Assembly: GCA_034659355.1 (NCBI GenBank)
Contig: JAYEHC010000055.1
Coordinates: 1-36,715, forward strand
Length of the DNA stretch: 36,715 bases
DNA from: Patescibacteria group bacterium
GTDB lineage: Bacteria; Patescibacteriota; Minisyncoccia; JAHIHE01; JAGLIN01
Direction of reading: 5' to 3'
Positions within the stretch are counted from its first letter, which is position 1; every line of letters begins with the position of its first letter. Positions 34,208-36,715 of the stretch are shown piece after piece. Both the position numbers and the translations under genes were made by a program. The notes under the pieces were generated by a model that saw only the letters and a list, made by a program, of their open reading frames with translations, was not told where the DNA came from and made no database searches.

Positions 34208-35470
34208 ATGTACAAAAAATCAAAATTGAAAAACGGAGTTAGAATTATTACCGCTCCGTTGAAAGGAACAAATACTGTTACGGTTTTAGTAATGGTTGAT
34301 ACGGGGTCTAAAAACGAGAACGCAAAAAACAGAGGCATCTCTCATTTTTTGGAACATATGTTTTTTAAAGGGACAGAGAAACGACCGACAAAACTTGATA
34401 TTTCTAAGGAGCTTGATAAAATTGGAGGAGCGTTTAACGCTTTTACGGGAAAAGAGCATACTGGTTTTTGGGCAAAGGTGGATAAAAAACATTCCGATGT
34501 GGCGCTGGATGTTATTTCTGATATGCTTTTGAACTCAAAATTTTCAGCAAAAGACATTAGGGAAGAAAGAGGAACTGTTATAGAAGAATTGAATATGTTT
34601 TTTGATAATCCGATAATGAAGATCCCATTTCTTTTTGAGGAAGTTTTATATCCTAATCATCCAATGGGATGGGATGTTGGCGGTACTAAAAAAACTATGA
34701 ATGCGGTTAAAAGAAAAGATTTTATTAATTATTATAAAAAATATTATAATGGCGATAATACTATTATTGCCATTGTGGGAAATTTTAATGAAAGTGAAAT
34801 CAAACGCAAAGTAAAAAAATATTTTATTTCTAGCAATAAGAACAAATCTGAAAAACAGATTGAAGCATATGACAAACAAAATAAGCCAGAATTTCTTATT
34901 GAATATAAAAAAACAGATCAAACTCATTTGTGTTTGGGAGTTAGAGGATATAATGTAAATCATAAAGACAAATATGTTCTATCTGTTTTAAGCGTAATTC
35001 TTGGCGGAAATATGAGCGCGCGCTTGTACGCTTCTATTGTGGAAAAAGGATGGGCTTATTATATATACACTTCATCTGAGAATTATAAAAATGTCGGATA
35101 TTTCGCGGCGCAGTCGGGAGTGAATAATAAAAAGTGTTTGGAGGCGATTAAAATAATTTTGGATGAATTTAAAAAAGTAAAAGAAGAAAAAATAAGCGCG
35201 GAAGAAATAAAAAGAGCGAAAGATTATATAAAAGGAAGAACGAATATTGCTTTGGAATCGTCGGACGCTGTGGCAAATTTTGTTGCCAATCAGGAAATAA
35301 GCTCTGGAAAAATTTTGACCCCGCAAGAAAAATTTGCTAAAATAGACGCAGTAACGGCGGAAGATTTGCAAAGAGTGGCAAACGATATTTTTATTGATAA
35401 TAAGCTAAATCTGGCGTTAATCGGACCGTTCAAAAATAAGAGAGTTTTTGAGAAAATACTGAAGTTTTAA
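34208..35470 (+). CDS. M16 family zinc peptidase
   Basis: GISHFLEHMFFKGT (HxxEH), NAFT, ERGTVIEE, ILGGNMSARL. Confidence 0.95.
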   Translation: MYKKSKLKNGVRIITAPLKGTNTVTVLVMVDTGSKNENAKNRGISHFLEHMFFKGTEKRPTKLDISKELDKIGGAFNAFTGKEHTGFWAKVDKKHSDVALDVISDMLLNSKFSAKDIREERGTVIEELNMFFDNPIMKIPFLFEEVLYPNHPMGWDVGGTKKTMNAVKRKDFINYYKKYYNGDNTIIAIVGNFNESEIKRKVKKYFISSNKNKSEKQIEAYDKQNKPEFLIEYKKTDQTHLCLGVRGYNVNHKDKYVLSVLSVILGGNMSARLYASIVEKGWAYYIYTSSENYKNVGYFAAQSGVNNKKCLEAIKIILDEFKKVKEEKISAEEIKRAKDYIKGRTNIALESSDAVANFVANQEISSGKILTPQEKFAKIDAVTAEDLQRVANDIFIDNKLNLALIGPFKNKRVFEKILKF

Positions 35471-35525
35471 ATAAATTAGAACTTACTCATTTTCTATACA
35501 TAAATGTATAAATCATACAAAATCT

Positions 35526-36548
35526 ATGAGCCAAAAACAAACAATTGATATATCTTACGAAAGCATTTTCAGAGTTGTTTTGGTTTTGCTTGTTTTATTT
35601 CTTCTTTTCTATCTGCGGCAAATAATTTTCATTGTTTTCATTTCTGTTATCGCCGCGCTGATTATGAATCCCGCCGTTGAAAAAATGAAAGAAAAAAAAA
35701 TCCCAAGAGCGGTTGGCGCCTCAATTCTGTTTTTGGCGGTTCTTGCGATGATTGGATTGTTCTTTTATATAATAGTTCCTCCGTTAGCAAAAGAATTAGG
35801 TCAGCTTGCCACGCAAATTCCGGTTTATATGAACAGTATGAATATTGACTATTCAATAATTTCAGAACAGAAAATTGATGACAGGCTAGCGGGACCGATT
35901 CAAGAAATTTTAGTTGAAGCAAGCAAATTTTTAAAAAACACAACAACCGCTATTTTTTCCGGGGTATTTGGACTTTTAGGAGGAATTCTTTCAGCAGTAT
36001 TAATCGCGGTGGTTTCTTTTTATTTAGTTATTGAAAAGAAGGGTATTGAAAAATTTGTCAAAGCGGTAATTCCTTTTGATTTCCAGCCAAGAGCGTTGAA
36101 AGTCATTAAAAAGATTGAAGTTAAATTGGGGAAATGGTTTATCGCGCAGTTATTTTTAGGATTTGCAATTGGTCTCGTAACTTTCATAGGACTTTCTTTG
36201 CTGGGAGTTCCTTATGCAATGGTTCTTGCGATAATAGCTGGAGGAATGGAGCTTATTCCGTATTTAGGTCCGACTCTTGCCGCTATCCCCGCTGTTATTA
36301 TCGCCTTCTCCGTTTCCCCCTTTTTGGCTCTATTAACTTTGATTTTATATTTCCTAATTCAAGAAGTTGAAAATTATGTGCTGGTGCCGAAAGTTATGCA
36401 AAAGTCAGTCGGGCTTCATCCTGTTATTATAATTATCGCTATTTTGATTGGATATCAATTTGCGGGAATCATCGGCGTAATTTTATCCGTTCCCGTTGCA
36501 ACAATCGCTTCTATTATTCTAGAAGATTTATATGGAAGTAAACACTAA
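35526..36548 (+). CDS. AI-2E family transporter
   Basis: Multi-TM; IPYLGP, QEVENYVLVPKVM, GLHP, GVILSVP. Confidence 0.93.
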   Translation: MSQKQTIDISYESIFRVVLVLLVLFLLFYLRQIIFIVFISVIAALIMNPAVEKMKEKKIPRAVGASILFLAVLAMIGLFFYIIVPPLAKELGQLATQIPVYMNSMNIDYSIISEQKIDDRLAGPIQEILVEASKFLKNTTTAIFSGVFGLLGGILSAVLIAVVSFYLVIEKKGIEKFVKAVIPFDFQPRALKVIKKIEVKLGKWFIAQLFLGFAIGLVTFIGLSLLGVPYAMVLAIIAGGMELIPYLGPTLAAIPAVIIAFSVSPFLALLTLILYFLIQEVENYVLVPKVMQKSVGLHPVIIIIAILIGYQFAGIIGVILSVPVATIASIILEDLYGSKH

Positions 36549-36566
36549 AATTTATTTCCATAAAAA

Positions 36567-36594
36567 AACAACCCTAAAAAAATAAAGGGTTGTA
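36567..36594. terminator. Hairpin after the AI-2E gene
   Basis: ACAACCCT...AGGGTTGT preceded by an A-run, so its polarity would terminate a minus-strand transcript. Confidence 0.45.
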
Positions 36595-36715
36595 AGATAT
36601 AATAGCGTTGTTTATACTTTTGGATTAAAATAGAAGATATAATCCATTAACAATAAACAACAATTATGGTAATTCATAAAAATACCAGGTTAACTCCTAT
36701 CCAAAGGAGGCAACT

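Noticed and set aside
1-36715. Alternative genetic code 25 (TGA=Gly)
   Set aside because: Long genes are intact under code 11, with no in-frame TGA.
36595-36715. 3' end of a minus-strand membrane gene
   Set aside because: The hydrophobic frame is interrupted by two stops; too little sequence to call.

Overview
AT-rich bacterial chromosome segment, most likely Patescibacteria/Parcubacteria (CPR). This assignment is inferred from gene style, gene content and the general lack of Shine-Dalgarno sites; the standard code 11 is used. The backbone genes are pbpC-like PBP (partial), alpha-2-macroglobulin, leuS, ppsA, trpS, YvlD/holin-family, secG, OppA-like SBP, cupin-type GPI, tRNA-Leu, rnj, tatD, two tRNA-Ser, M16 peptidase and an AI-2E transporter. 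Accessory cassettes and at least five families of palindromic/MITE-like repeats are interspersed. Most striking observation: all three intact AAA-ATPase/PD-(D/E)xK nuclease genes have their own consensus promoter and are bracketed by 27-70 bp direct repeats whose right copy starts at the ATPase stop codon. In two cases the repeat is a slightly diverged duplicate of the 3' end of the upstream housekeeping gene (ppsA, GPI). This resembles att-style integration, but no integrase is present in the window. Also seen: REP-like hairpin pairs bracketing cargo genes, a DUF559 gene bracketed by its own repeats, two MITE families carrying REP-like cores, those same cores plus a perfect 62-bp palindrome translated in frame inside leuS and GPI, and two candidate structured ncRNAs (one 6S-like). 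All alignments were done by eye.
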